63,695 nucleotides of DNA, filler included, from Octopus bimaculoides (GCF_001194135.2; 5 parts of 5 records of this genome joined end to end with filler, not necessarily neighbours in it), one strand, 5' to 3'; counted from the first letter of the whole stretch, positions 38,599 through 51,500 are shown. Notes: generated by a model not told the origin, from the letters alone. A program made the numbers and translations.

Positions 38599-38917
38599 CA
38601 CACACACTAACACACACACGCACGCACACACACACTAACATACACACACACGCGGATATATACAGAAACACTCTGAAAAGTTTCTTACTTCTTTATTGCC
38701 CACAAGGGGCTAAACATAGAGGGGACAAACAAGGACAGACAAAGGGATTAAGTCGATTACATCGACCCCAGTGCGTAACTGGTACTTAATTTATCGACCC
38801 CGAAAGGATGAAAGGCANNNNNNNNNNNNNNNNNNNNNNNNNNNNNNNNNNNNNNNNNNNNTTAATTAATTAANNNNNNNNNNNNNNNNNNNNNNNNNNN
38901 NNNNNNNNNNNNNNNNN

Positions 38918-39213
38918 CTGATTACTACCTAGCTCAGATACCAGGAAACCCCAAAATGGCTGAAGTCCAAAAGATAGTGCTCATGGGAACTGCCCATATC
39001 CTACGTAAAATACTGTCTATGTGATCTCAAATTTTAAAGCAAACATAATTTTCTTATGGTTTCTTAAACATTCACTTGAACAAAACTGTACAAATCCAAA
39101 TATATGGTACCCTAGGCATAACACCTACATGAACTTCTAACTTGTTGTCTCTTGAGGTCTCTGGGTGAGACTTGGATCCAACTTGTACAAATGCAAAACA
39201 AAAGTCAAACATA
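38918..39213 (+). mobile_element. R4/Dong-like retrotransposon 3' end with (TAA)n tail
   Basis: DYYLAQIPGNPKMAEVQKIVLMGTAHILRKILSM*, 3' UTR, then taataataa. Confidence 0.85.
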
Positions 39214-39249
39214 AAATAATAATAATAATAATAGTAATAATAATAATAC

Positions 39250-40627
39250 AAATTACGTCCATGGAGAATCTCAGATCTGTGAGATGGAAGTAAATCATAT
39301 TATTCACCAACTTCTGATTAAATTACTGTCATGTATTTAGTGGTGTGGATTTTGGCCTTCATAAGTGTGCTAAAGGAACTTTTGTAAGAGGCAAACTCAG
39401 ACAAACAGCTTCCATTAAATTAGATACCGACGCTACTATCAAGGAGCTTCACCCACAAGAAAGTTATAAATACCTGGAGATAAACGAAGGAGATAGTATA
39501 CAACATGCTACTATGAGGGAAAAAATATGAAAGGACTATTACATGAGAATAAGACTCATACTAAAAATTGAACTCAGCTCGAAAAATCGCATCGAAGCCC
39601 TTAACACTCTGGCACTTCCAGTACTCCAATATAGTTTTAACATTATTAACTGACATCTTACAGAACTTCAACGCTTGGACAGGAAAACAAGAAAATTACT
39701 TACATCTAAGAACATGCACCCCTTAACAGTAGACGTTGATCGTCTGTACTTACCTAGAAGTAATGGGGGAAGAGGAACGATGCAGAGAGAACTGCGATAT
39801 AAGAACTCCACAATAGTAATGAACTGGTACTTATCTAGTACATAGGACTGAATGCTGCGGCTTGTGTGTGAACTCGAAAGCAGTAAAAAATCACATCCTA
39901 TTGTTTAAGGAAGCTTGCAAGTTCGCAAGGGAACTCGGCATTAACCCTGAAATAGATGAAGAACCTGAAACCTCTGCCACAAAACAAGCAAAACGGATCA
40001 AACAGACTGCAAAATGAACGAGCAGAAATAAAATGAGGAGTGATGGGAGCCAGAAGCATCTACATGGGCAGTATATACTTCGAAGCCGAAATGTTGCTGT
40101 AGACCAAGCAACAACCCATCAGTGGCTAAGAAGCTCAGGACTGAAAGCAGAAACTGCAGGTTTCATATTGGCGGCACAAGATCAAAGTATGCTCACCAAA
40201 AACTACCTAGCTACATTTCTTCAAAACGGTTCTGAACCTAAATGCTGATTCTGCGACACGTTTGACGGAACAATAAACAATTTCGTCTCGGAATGTTCTC
40301 TGCTGACACCAAACGAATACAAAACTCGCCACGACAGAGTAGGACAGTATTTACATTGGAAAATACGTAAACACTACAAAATCAGCACTCTTGCTTACTG
40401 GTATGAACATCATCCCGAGCCAGTCACTAAAGGTAAAACTGTTACTATCCTCTGGAATTTTCCAATCAACACCGACAGAGTGATCCAGGCTAATCGAGCA
40501 GACATAATTATTAAAGGCAGGGAAGAAGAAAATACTTGTAGACTAATAGAAGTAAGTATTCCCACTGATAAAACTATACCAGTAAAGGATTTTGACAAAG
40601 TAAGTAAATATAAGTTCCTGGAAATTG
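39250..40627 (+). mobile_element. R4/Dong-like RLE retrotransposon pseudogene (late RT, thumb, zinc knuckle, RLE)
   Basis: FGLHKCAK...YKYLEI...LNTLALPVLQYSF...DRKTRKLLT...DVDRLYLPRSNGGRG...LHGQY...THQWLRSSGLKAETAGFILAAQDQS...YKTRHDRVGQYLHW...NRADIIIK...LIEVSIPTD...KYKFLEIEI; many stops and frameshifts. Confidence 0.92.
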
Positions 40628-42155
40628 AAATACAAAAGCTGATATCATATGCATACTCTCCGCATATCAGCCAAATCTCGCTGCCAACGATACATAGAAT
40701 TATAGTAACTTTTCCTGCACTAATGTCGCAAATAGCCAGCAGGATTATTAAAATATAGATATTAGTCACACAAACATTATTAATAGCAAAAGAATCATTA
40801 TGTACAACATAACGAGGATGTCTGTTTAGAACAATAAACACTGCAGTATTCGCCTTGATAAGTCAATTCATATAGGCTCATGATGCATAAAAACATACAT
40901 ATGTATCGTTAGCAGACAAGAATGTGTCTATTATGGGCACCGGAATTGAGAGATCATATGATTTCGGCGTACAGCGTCTCTTCGAAGACAGGTGTCCGTT
41001 TGCCTCATACAAGCCAACACATACATATAATTCAATACACACACACACACAAGCTCTGAAGCTAGCTCAAGTATGGCTTTACTTATACAATACATAAGCA
41101 CATTCATATACGTAGGAACATGTATACGTATGAATGTATGTGTGTGTTTGTATGTAGAAGTTGGTGATAATTCATACATAAATGCTTATACATTCGTACA
41201 CGCATACACACTCTCTGTCCCGCACACAAACGCACGTACACGTAGCTGTGGCATAGGTATGTGTATACACGAATCCCTGGATCTGTGATGTCAGTGAGAG
41301 GAGATATAAAGTAACGTCAGCGTTCTTTCTGTATTAACCGGTTGTAAAGGTCAAAGGAATTAACTGTGATATTGCTTTTTTTTGAAAGTCCTCTTCATAT
41401 TTCTACAGCAAAATGTCGACTGTAAAGACATGTTACATATTTAGAGGGGGTATTACTAGACATCTTTGACAGCTGACCCCCGTACACAATTACACACACA
41501 CACACAATCATATACACATACGCGCGCGCATTCACACACGTTAACATATAGATACATTCATCATGCACACGCAGGGATAAATATGAACAGAAATACCAAT
41601 AGACATATATATATATATATATANNNNNNNNNNNNNNNNNNNNNNNNNNNNNNNNNNNNNNNNNNNNNNNNNNNNNNNNNNNNNNNNNNNNNNNNNNNNN
41701 NNNNNNNNNNNNNNNNNNNNNNNNNNNNNNNNNNNNNNNNNNNNNNNNNNNNNNNNNNNNNNNNNNNNNNNNNNNNNNNNNNNNNNNNNNNNNNNNNNNN
41801 NNNNNNNNNNNNNNNNNNNNNNNNNNNNNNNNNNNNNNNNNNNNNNNNNNNNNNNNNNNNNNNNNNNNNNNNNNNNNNNNNNNNNNNNNNNNNNNNNNNN
41901 NNNNNNNNNNNNNNNNNNNNNNNNNNNNNNNNNNNNNNNNNGTAATGAACAAAACAAATGAATTTAATAAAGATTCATCCTATTTAAAAAAATATCGAAG
42001 AAAACCTTAAATAGAAAAATGGGCTCAAAATACATATTGTAAATAATTAATTATATTCGAATTAACACATTAAGATCAAATCAAATAAAATAAAATATAC
42101 GCTGCATTCAAAATAAAATAAAATTACAATAGCATATACGCATACTAGGCTATCC

Positions 42156-42205
<50 letters not shown>

Positions 42206-44004
42206 AAAATACACAGATGCATACGCAAATGCAGGAACTTACCCCTGATCTATAGCATAGCAAATCTTCTGAGCACCCTGGACGAAAATAAAGGTCCATG
42301 TTCTCTCAAATGAGAGTCCAGTTCAGCTGCAGATTTTCATAGTTTAAAGCATACAGACAGACAAAAGTTATGACTCACTGTGCACTTCCAACTGTTTAGT
42401 TGTACACACGACGCCATTTTCCCATTGGCATGGGACATTCAGTACATAGAATGACAAATAACTTCAGCGTAAAGGGACATCTGTACGCCAGTGGATTATA
42501 GGGATAAACGCTAGCACAATATGAGTACCACTCCCTCGGTTTCTGTGAAAGTCCGAAGCGAGATGACCAGTAATCATATGAAACTGCAGGCCCTCTTCTA
42601 GAAGGATCGCCGACCAAGAGTAATTTTACGTCCCCGCGCTCAGATGGAATGTCATTAAGTATGCTAGTTAGCACAAACCTGGGACCCGGTTGGGTGTTAC
42701 TAGTACGGGTCAGAGCAGTCATGGGGAAAGTAGTCGCTAAAAGGTGGTTCCACCTTCCTAAAAATCCTGGAGCATTCGAACCAGCACATCACTACCGCAT
42801 ACAGTTTAAAGTCATTCCCATGACACAACTTGACTGACATAAGCGCATGCATGCATGTATCCCTTCCTCCCTCGCTCCATCCCTTCATTCATCCATCCAT
42901 CCACACACACACACACACATACATATGCATACAGTATATACATACATGCATATACCTATACATGCATAAGTACGTACATATGCATATACGTACAAATGTA
43001 TATCAAGCTAGAAGAATACTAAGTAAACGTCAAGCGAATGAATTAAACCAGGGCAGAAGTTGCTTCAAAGGTCATAGACTAATTAACAAACGCAGTAATT
43101 AATAACAAAAAGCAACATACAAACACAGAAATAAACACGCGCGCGCGCACATGCACATACACGCACTTGGTCATGCGCGCACAATTAAAATGGATTGTAA
43201 TTTCTGTCTGATTGTTAATTTTGAGAGACAGAGAAAGACGGTGGGGATAGATAGAGACAGACAGACAGATCAACAAAGAGACAGAAGGAGAGAGAGAGAG
43301 AGAGTGAAGGGGAGAGAAAGAATGGGAGAGGCAAAGTGAAAGAAAGAGAGGGAGAGAGAAAGAGGCAAACAAAGAACAGCAGATATATATTTACACACAG
43401 AGGGAAAACGTTAAAACTTCGCGAGCGCGTGCGCGCGCGCGCGTTTGAGCGTGCGTGCGTGCATGAGTGTGTGTATGTTTGTGTGTGTGTGTGTGAGTGA
43501 GTGTGTGTGTGTGTGTGTGTGAGTGTGTGTGTGTGTGTGTGTGAGTGTGTGTGTGTGTGTGAGTGTGTGTGTGTGTAAAGTCGCGCAGCGCACACAGTGG
43601 TGAGCATCCCCGTAAACAAGGCGTCTAAAGGGTAAGTATTAGTGAAAACAGCGCAAACTAATTGGAAATTAGTTGTCAAAGAGGCAGGAAATAGTTTGAA
43701 ATCTTCCCAGATTTCTATGTCACAGCCGTGCTCAAATAATCTGCTTGTCACCAGTGTTAAGCTTAGTGATCTTAGCGAAGTGTGTAACTTTCCTGTTACA
43801 CCCTCCCATAACACACGTGCGGTTTTGCATACATCCACACACACAAACGCACACGTATACACACATACATAGATGCACACATACTAAATATATTTATTTA
43901 TACAATATGCACACACACATATGTTGTGTGTGTGTGTGTATATATATAAATATATATATATATTTATGTATATATATGCATCTATACATGTACGTATATA
44001 TATA

Positions 44005-44035
<31 letters not shown>

Positions 44036-44196
44036 ATACCGTGTTTATCATTTTGTCCATGTTCTTTTGCAACGTCATCTACCCAGATATGTATCTATAT
44101 GTACATGTAGATAAAGGTATGTACATATATGTACATACATATGCATATACTCATATATTGTTTATATATATATACACACACGCACATGTATGTATA

Positions 44197-44985
44197 TAGG
44201 GGCGATGACTGTGTGGTAAGAAGCTTTCTTCCCAACCACATGGATCCGGGTTCAGTCCCACTGTGAGGCACCTCAGGCAAGTGTCCCAAACTATATAGCC
44301 TCGGGCCGACCAATGCCTTATGATTGGATTCGGTAGATGGAAGTTGAAAGTAGCCCGTTGTGTATACATATGTGTACGTGCGCCTATGTATGTATGTATG
44401 TATGTATGAATGTATGTATGTGTGTGTGTATGTATGTATGGATGTATGTATGTATGGACGTATGTATGTATGTATGTGTGTATGTATGCATGTATTTGTG
44501 TGTCTGTGTTTGTCCACCATCGCTTGACAACCGTCTCAGTAACTTAGAGGTTCGGCAAAAGAACAGATACAATAAGTGCTAGGCTTACATANNNNNNNNN
44601 NNNNNNNNNNNNNNNNNNNNNNNNNNNNNNNNNNNNNNNNNNNNNNNNNNNNNNNNNNNNNNNNNNNNNNNNNNNNNNNNNNNNNNNNNNNNNNNNNNNN
44701 NNNNNNNNNNNNNNNNNNNNNNNNNNATATATATGTATTCTTTTGCTTCAATCTCTTGCCTGCGGCGATTTAGTCGAACAAATGGATCCCTGAACTTTTT
44801 TTTTTTTCAGCTTAGTACTCATTCTATCGTTTTGTTTTGCTGAACTGCTAGATTACTTGGACATAAACAAACCAACACCGGTGATCAAGCGGTGATGCAG
44901 GAACAAACAGACACAAAGACACACACACACACACGTGCGCACACAGACACGCACACATATATGACGAGCTCCTTTCAGCTCCCTT
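44197..44985. mobile_element. SINE family A pair (44197-44590 +, 44735-44985 -) across a gap
   Basis: Homology to family A. Confidence 0.8.
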
Positions 44986-45192
44986 AATAATTGCATGCTT
45001 CTGTATCATCCGATAGCTTCATTGGAACTTTAAAAACGCTATAATAATAACGTTCATGATATAATCTCTTTCTCATTTATCGTTCATTTAATTCTTTATT
45101 ATTGCATTGTACTCGACAGACGCTTTGTTTTGAATTATATCACCAAGATATTAGTATTGGATATTAGTATTAGAGAGAAGATGTATATTTTT

Positions 45193-45923
45193 GGATCTTG
45201 TTCAAGACTGGGGCACCAGTTTTCATTAATGTTTTATGTAGTGTTTTTGGTACCGAAAGACTTTCAAACTTCGTATACTTATCTATTTTGTGTTATAGAA
45301 CAGAAAAACATTTTTGTATTCGAATTTATTTCATGTAAAAAAATTGTATTATTTCGATAATTTCAACCAATCACTGACAAGTATTCAGCTGTTTACACTT
45401 ACTCCTTTGGCGCTGTTTACACTTACTCCTTTGGCAGTTTAAGCGGTGTAAAGCGTATTTAATCTCCATTTATAATTTCGTTAATATCTACCTGAACTGT
45501 ATGTGTACAACATTTGCTTTTTTCATTTTCTTTCACGCGTGTTTATTTCGTTAACATCTGCCTGAACTGTATGAAAGGTTTATTAGCTACTGCCTAACCC
45601 TAACCCTAACCCTAACCCTAACCCTACTGCCAATATGCTTCAGCCATTTTTTGACAAGGAAATAATAATTTTATCACCGCCAGAATCGTTTGAGAATCGA
45701 TTGTTTACGTAGTCAGCACTTACTGTATTCGACTGAATGGACGTCAGTCATTGGTTGAAATTACAGAAATACGACAACGTTAACATGAAATAACTTGCGA
45801 TGTACGTTTTTTTGTTAAGAAGACTAAGAGAAAAAATGTTTTATATGACACATTCTACCAGTGTCCCAAGTTTCAAAGTGTTTCGTTAAGAAAATACTAG
45901 TGCCCCCGTTTTGAACAAGATCC
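45193..45923. mobile_element. Non-autonomous DNA transposon with GGATC-starting TIRs, 8-bp TSD and central (AACCCT)n
   Basis: 24-bp TIRs, 22/24 identical (ggatcttgttcaagactggggcac vs ggatcttgttcaaaacgggggcac); ATATTTTT at 45185-45192 and 45924-45931; telomere-type hexamers near 45594-45625. Confidence 0.85.
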
Positions 45924-45929
45924 ATATTT

Positions 45930-46805
45930 TTTTGTATTTTCTCACGTACTTATCTCTTCTCTTTTTACCTATTTTTCAACCGTCGATGATGTCCTGTACT
46001 GGCTTTATTTTATTATTATTTTTTTTTATTTATAATCGAACGCCATGCAGCCTAGTTCGCAGTAAGTTTCTACTTTTATTTATAATTTCTGCGACACTAC
46101 TCTCAGTTCTTTTCTTTCATTCATTCTGTCTTTCTCTCTTTCTTTCTTTCTTTCACACATTCTTTCTTTCTATCCCTCTATAATCCTCTTTATTTTCCGT
46201 TTCTCCCATACTTCTTTGCCGTCTCCTGTCTATCTTTCTTCCACTCCCTACTAGCTTTACTTCTGTCTCCTTTCTCGTAACTCCCTTTGTTTCTTTCCCA
46301 CATCTTCTCTCTTGTCCACCTTCTCCTGTGCCTGTCTGCTCCCACGTTACTGCAGGCCTTCCTCTCACTTCTGTTTTTTCTGGACGCAACAGCCATTTAG
46401 CTGGACGTCATTTTTCTCTTTCTTTTTTTACTGTTCTACTATTTTCTTCTCTTCTATTTATTCTATGTCCTTTCAAAATTTCTCCCAGACGTTACCCATT
46501 AAAATGCATCTTGGTCTAACGGCCCTTAATGTTCGTCTTCGTGGATTGTTTAGTCTGTACGTCCATTCTGTCGTTGTTTGTTCATTCGAAGCTCTAACTC
46601 TTCACAAATTTTATATTTCCGAAATTTCTGGATGCTGCTGTTTTATAAAAGTCTCCTCTCTTGTCGTTCAAAGATCGAAATAGATTGGGAGTAATTAACA
46701 GTCGACAACTGAGGACGGGTTAGAACTCTTTTGGTATTTTGTCCCGTACTTGTCACTCGTTATGTATTTACGTATTTTTCGCTCGTTGGTGATGTCCTGT
46801 ACTTG
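45930..46805 (+). mobile_element. Old repeat with diverged direct terminal repeats, possibly Penelope-like
   Basis: 45930-46010 and 46730-46805 both end gatgtcctgtact, as do the 106-190 and 32300-32365 repeats. Confidence 0.4.
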
Positions 46806-46844
46806 ATGTATTTTATAAATATGTAGTATGTGCGTAAAAGGCTA

Positions 46845-47231
46845 GGATCTTTTTTAAAACGGGGGCCACATTTTTCATTAACGAAACACTTTGAAACTTG
46901 GATCACTGGTAGAATGTGTCATATAAAACATCTTTTTCTCTTAGTCTTCTTAAAAAAAAAAGAAATCCATAAATTATTCCATGTTAAAGTTGTCGTATTT
47001 CTGTAATTTCAACCAATCACTGACGTCCATTCAGCCGATATACATTAAGTGCCGACTACATAAACAAACGATTCTGAAACAATTAACCCTAACCCTAACC
47101 CTAACTCTAACCCTAGGGTTAGAGTTAGGGTTAGGGTTAGGGTTAAAGCAAATTTAAAATGAAAAAAGCAAATAAAACGAAGAATCGTTTGTTTATGTAG
47201 TCGGCACTTAATGTATATCGGCTGAATGGAC
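46845..47231. mobile_element. Second copy of the GGATC-TIR family, fold-back form, cut by gap
   Basis: Starts ggatctttttt aaaacgggggccac; inverted homologue of 45684-45923; contains a 64-bp telomeric palindrome and a 51-bp perfect IR. Confidence 0.85.
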
Positions 47232-47409
47232 NNNNNNNNNNNNNNNNNNNNNNNNNNNNNNNNNNNNNNNNNNNNNNNNNNNNNNNNNNNNNNNNNNNNN
47301 NNNNNNNNNNNNNNNNNNNNNNNNNNNNNNNNNNNNNNNNNNNNNNNNNNNNNNNNNNNNNNNNNNNNNNNNNNNNNNNNNNNNNNNNNNNNNNNNNNNN
47401 NNNNNNNNT

Positions 47410-47812
47410 ATTACTCTTACTCTTACTCTTTTACCTGTTTCAGTCATTTGACTGCGGCCATGCTGGGGCACCGCCTTTAGTCGAGCAAATCGACCCCAGG
47501 ACTTATTCTTTGGAAGCCTAGTACTTATTCTATCGGTCATTTTTTGCCAAACCGCTAAGTTACGGGGACGTAAACACACCAGCATCGGTTGTCAAGCGAT
47601 GGTGCGGGGACAAACACAGACACACATACATATATATATGCATATATACGACGGGCTTCTTTTGTTTCCGTCTACCAATTCTACTCACAAGTCTTTGGTC
47701 GGCCCGAGGCTATAGTAGAAGACATTTGCCCAATGTGCCACGCAGTGGGGGTGAACCCGGAACCATGTGGTTGGTAAGCAAGCTACTTACCACATAGACA
47801 CTCCTGCGCCTA
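47410..47812 (-). mobile_element. SINE family A, full length
   Basis: Reverse complement of the complete family A layout. Confidence 0.9.
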
Positions 47813-48581
47813 TTAGGTACTATTACAAAAGATATTTACAAATATACAGAGGACCGAAAATGCTCTTTCTTAAAAGTAGCTATTTCTAGTCTTCTATACT
47901 TATACTTAAACACACAGACATACATGCCCATATACAGAGAAAGTAAAACTGAGAGAGGAAGAGCGAGAGAAAGAGGAGAAGAGAGCGCGAAAATATATAT
48001 ATTTCCATATACATATAGCTATTTACAGATAACTACACAACAAACTCGCGCTGTTTATGCATGTACAAACCCCCCTAAATATGCACACGCAAAAATGCCG
48101 ATCAACGACGTAAGTAAAGACCCCACCCACTGTTGCGATATTAAGTGTTTCCTCGTGTTTAACGAACAAGGTTAAACGGGAGAGTCAATGGACACACACT
48201 ATGGCAACGTTGTTATGGAAACATAGAGTTAAGGTCCTGCTGGGCGGTAATTGAAATGAAATATGACGGCAAGATATTAGTGAATGGGAAGGTTTGGTAC
48301 GTGCGAGGCTGCTTCGAGAATGTGATGGGGGGGGGGTAACTGGTTACGGTGGAATCAAAATAAAAGACACAGGCTAGATAGTTTACTGAATGAGGGCTTG
48401 AGATTGGCATGGGGAAGATGATAGTTGTAAATATAATATATGTATATATGCATATCCACACGTACATATGGAGATATACGCACACAAGCGCGCGCGCACA
48501 CACATATACACATACATACGTACATACTAATGGTGTACATTCATATGAACGTTCCTGCATACATACGTGGATATAATGTGT

Positions 48582-48622
<41 letters not shown>

Positions 48623-48659
48623 TGTGTGTGTTTGTGTTTGTAGGGCTGGATTGTTAATT

Positions 48660-48962
<303 letters not shown>

Positions 48963-49758
48963 TCGTTTGAGATATATAGAAAAATCCAGTGAAACTTAAT
49001 ACCGTATATCCTGAGACATAGAAATATGCAGACGGTCAAATATATTGTCAAACAGGAAGTTAGTTACACAGAGAGAAATTATACGCGCTCGCGCACACAC
49101 ACTCACACATACACAAACGCGCACACTTGCGCGCTTGTACTATGTATTTTTATGTGCATATGGATATACGTATGTATGTACACATATATAGCTTAAAATG
49201 AGAGTGACTACATAAAATTAACGAACATCGACTAAATATTGCACTCAATACAATTGTAGTGTCTAACATATATATATAGTAATTTTATTGGCACTGACAC
49301 ATACTTAGAGTTGTTAAGTATGTGGCTTATTCATACTGTGAATAGGCAGCATACTTGGCGATACTTCGAGGTCACTTTCAATAAAATTATATACAAATAT
49401 TTGTGTTTGTGTGCATATGTGTATTTGCGTGTATAATGTGTTATAATGTATCGCTATATAAATCAGAATTACTATGAACGGAGGTTAGTTGAACTGTTTT
49501 TTTCTTTTACGCATGCCTTGTCTCACCCGCTCTCTATCCTTTAGTCCCAGCTCTCACCTTCTCTTAAATAGTCATGTTTTTTGTTTGTTTGTTTTTTTGT
49601 TTGTTTTGTTTTTTTTTTACCCGACTATCTCGCCACTAACCAACCACGCACCCGACACCAAATAAATCTGACAAATGTCATAATTTTAGCAACCAATTTT
49701 CATTTCGAAACTACTACTACTACTACTACTACTACTTATAATAATAATCATAATGATG

Positions 49759-49759
<1 letters not shown>

Positions 49760-49844
<85 letters not shown>
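49760..49844. repeat. Pure (AAT)n microsatellite
   Basis: Direct reading. Confidence 0.97.
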
Positions 49845-49845
<1 letters not shown>

Positions 49846-49849
49846 GCAA

Positions 49850-51010
49850 TATCTGAGTTATTTTCGGAATGGAATATAATTTACCCTTCATTAATTCTTC
49901 AACACTAAACAGCCGTCTCTGAGCTTATGTTTTTGACACCCAATGCACTTCTATATGCAGTAAAAGTGCGTTAAGATAGGATCCCATTTCATCACATAGA
50001 TTTGCCTAAAGGTGGCCATTAAGTGCACGGGTTTTAATGAAGTCGGTAGCTTTAACGGCATCTTGTATAACCGCATTGAAATCTGAAGTAGTTTTTTGGG
50101 CTAGGTATGACTCCCAATATATCATGCAAAATAAGGCAGCTGGGTGACAGAATCGTTAGCACGCCGGGCAAATTGCTTCGCGGTATTTCGCCGTCTTTGC
50201 GTTCTGAGTTCAAATTTCGCCGAAGTAGATTTTGCCTTTCAATCTCTCGGAGTCAATAAAATTGTACCAGTTGAGCACTGCCGTTGAAATAATCAAATCG
50301 AAACCTTCCTGGCCCTGTGCCAAAATTTGAAACTGAAGGTGGCAGCAGAATCGTTAAAACGCCGGAAAAAAATGGTTAGCGGCATTTTTTTCGACTTAAC
50401 CAACTGAGTTCGAAAGTCGCCGAGATCGACTTTGCCTTTCATCCTTTCGAGGTCGATAAAATAAGTACCAGTTGAACAATGGGGTCGATGCAATTGACTT
50501 ACCTCTGTCCCGAAATTGCTGGTCTTATGCCAAAATTTGTAACCAGTATATCGTGCAAAAATAGGATGTGTATTGCTGGCAAATCTGATTTCAACTTGAA
50601 AGCCAACTGTCTCTCCTGTCAATACAGCAGCTCCATCGGTATTCACTCAAACACAGTCATTTCCTTGCAGCACCAAATCGTTAACCCCTTCTTCCCACCC
50701 AAAGAAAATCCCTCCATCTTCTGAAAAGTTAACCTCGTTCGCTGTACACACATCAAACGATCGATAAAATAGTAAATATTGATACCCCAACGTTATAGTA
50801 TCAATAGCTGTGTTAAGTTTAGGATGTGAGTTGTTTCCAGTGGTTAAATTCTGAACGCTAACTATCCAGTTGGCTATCGTCAGTTCCCAGAGTTTATCTT
50901 CGTACTGTGTCATTTGACCGTATTATTTCGAAATCGTCATTTGATTTCTGATCGGAAACAATTTCATTCTTTGTAATTGCTTCCAGTAAAATTTCTTTAC
51001 CAATGCCATA
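49850..51010 (-). mobile_element. Decayed hAT (Charlie/Buster-like) transposase interrupted by SINEs at 50137-50546
   Basis: Manual translation SNDTVRR...QLD...NDCV*VNTDGAAVLTGETVGFQ...[SINE]...MIYWESYLAQK...VIQDAVKATDFIKTRALNGHL*ANLCDEMGS...LLLHIEVHWVS; matches hAT SNDTVxRRI, CVGxxTDGA, HCxxH and LLLHTEVRWLS. Confidence 0.85.
50137..50546 (+). mobile_element. Head-to-tail dimer of family B SINEs with one shared TSD
   Basis: Two copies (about 50137-50335, 50336-50546); tatatcRtgcaaaa duplicated at 50118-50131 and 50547-50560. Confidence 0.8.
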
Positions 51011-51029
51011 TCATTTAGCGTTTATTTTC

Positions 51030-51500
51030 TTTTTACTTGTTTTCGCCATTGAACTGCATCATGCTGGGGCGATAGCTTGAAAGTTTCAGCGAAACAAATC
51101 AACGCTAGTATTTATTTTTATTCATATTAATTTTTGCCTGGTATTTATTCTATCGGTCATCGTTGCTGAACCGCTATGTTACGAGGACGTAAACAAATCA
51201 ACATACACAAAGATGCACACACATACTCACACACACACACACGCACATCAAGCGAGTTAGCCAGCTGTACATACATACATGCTTCCATACATATACATAT
51301 GTACGTATGTATTATGTATGTGTATGTATGTGTGTGTATGTATATATATATATACGTATATGTATGTGTGTGTGTATACGACGGGCTTCTTTCAGATTTC
51401 TTCGACTAAATTCCACTCACAAGTCTTTGGTCGACTCGATGCTTTAATACAAGGCAGAAAATTCTTGCACAAGATGCCGTCCAGTGGGACTAAATACAAG
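51030..51500 (-). mobile_element. Older SINE family A copy; similar at 54800-55390 (+) and 57550-57945 (-)
   Basis: Diverged homology to family A. Confidence 0.75.

Noticed and set aside
42600-42640. KLLLVGDPS resembling a small-GTPase P-loop
   Set aside because: No GK[ST] follows and no other G motifs are present
47083-47146. Ancestral telomere-telomere fusion site
   Set aside because: Orientation is (CCCTAA)n(TTAGGG)n, opposite to a fusion, the tract is short, and it sits inside a MITE
50647-50913. Protein-like 88-aa ORF
   Set aside because: Lies within the decayed hAT transposase
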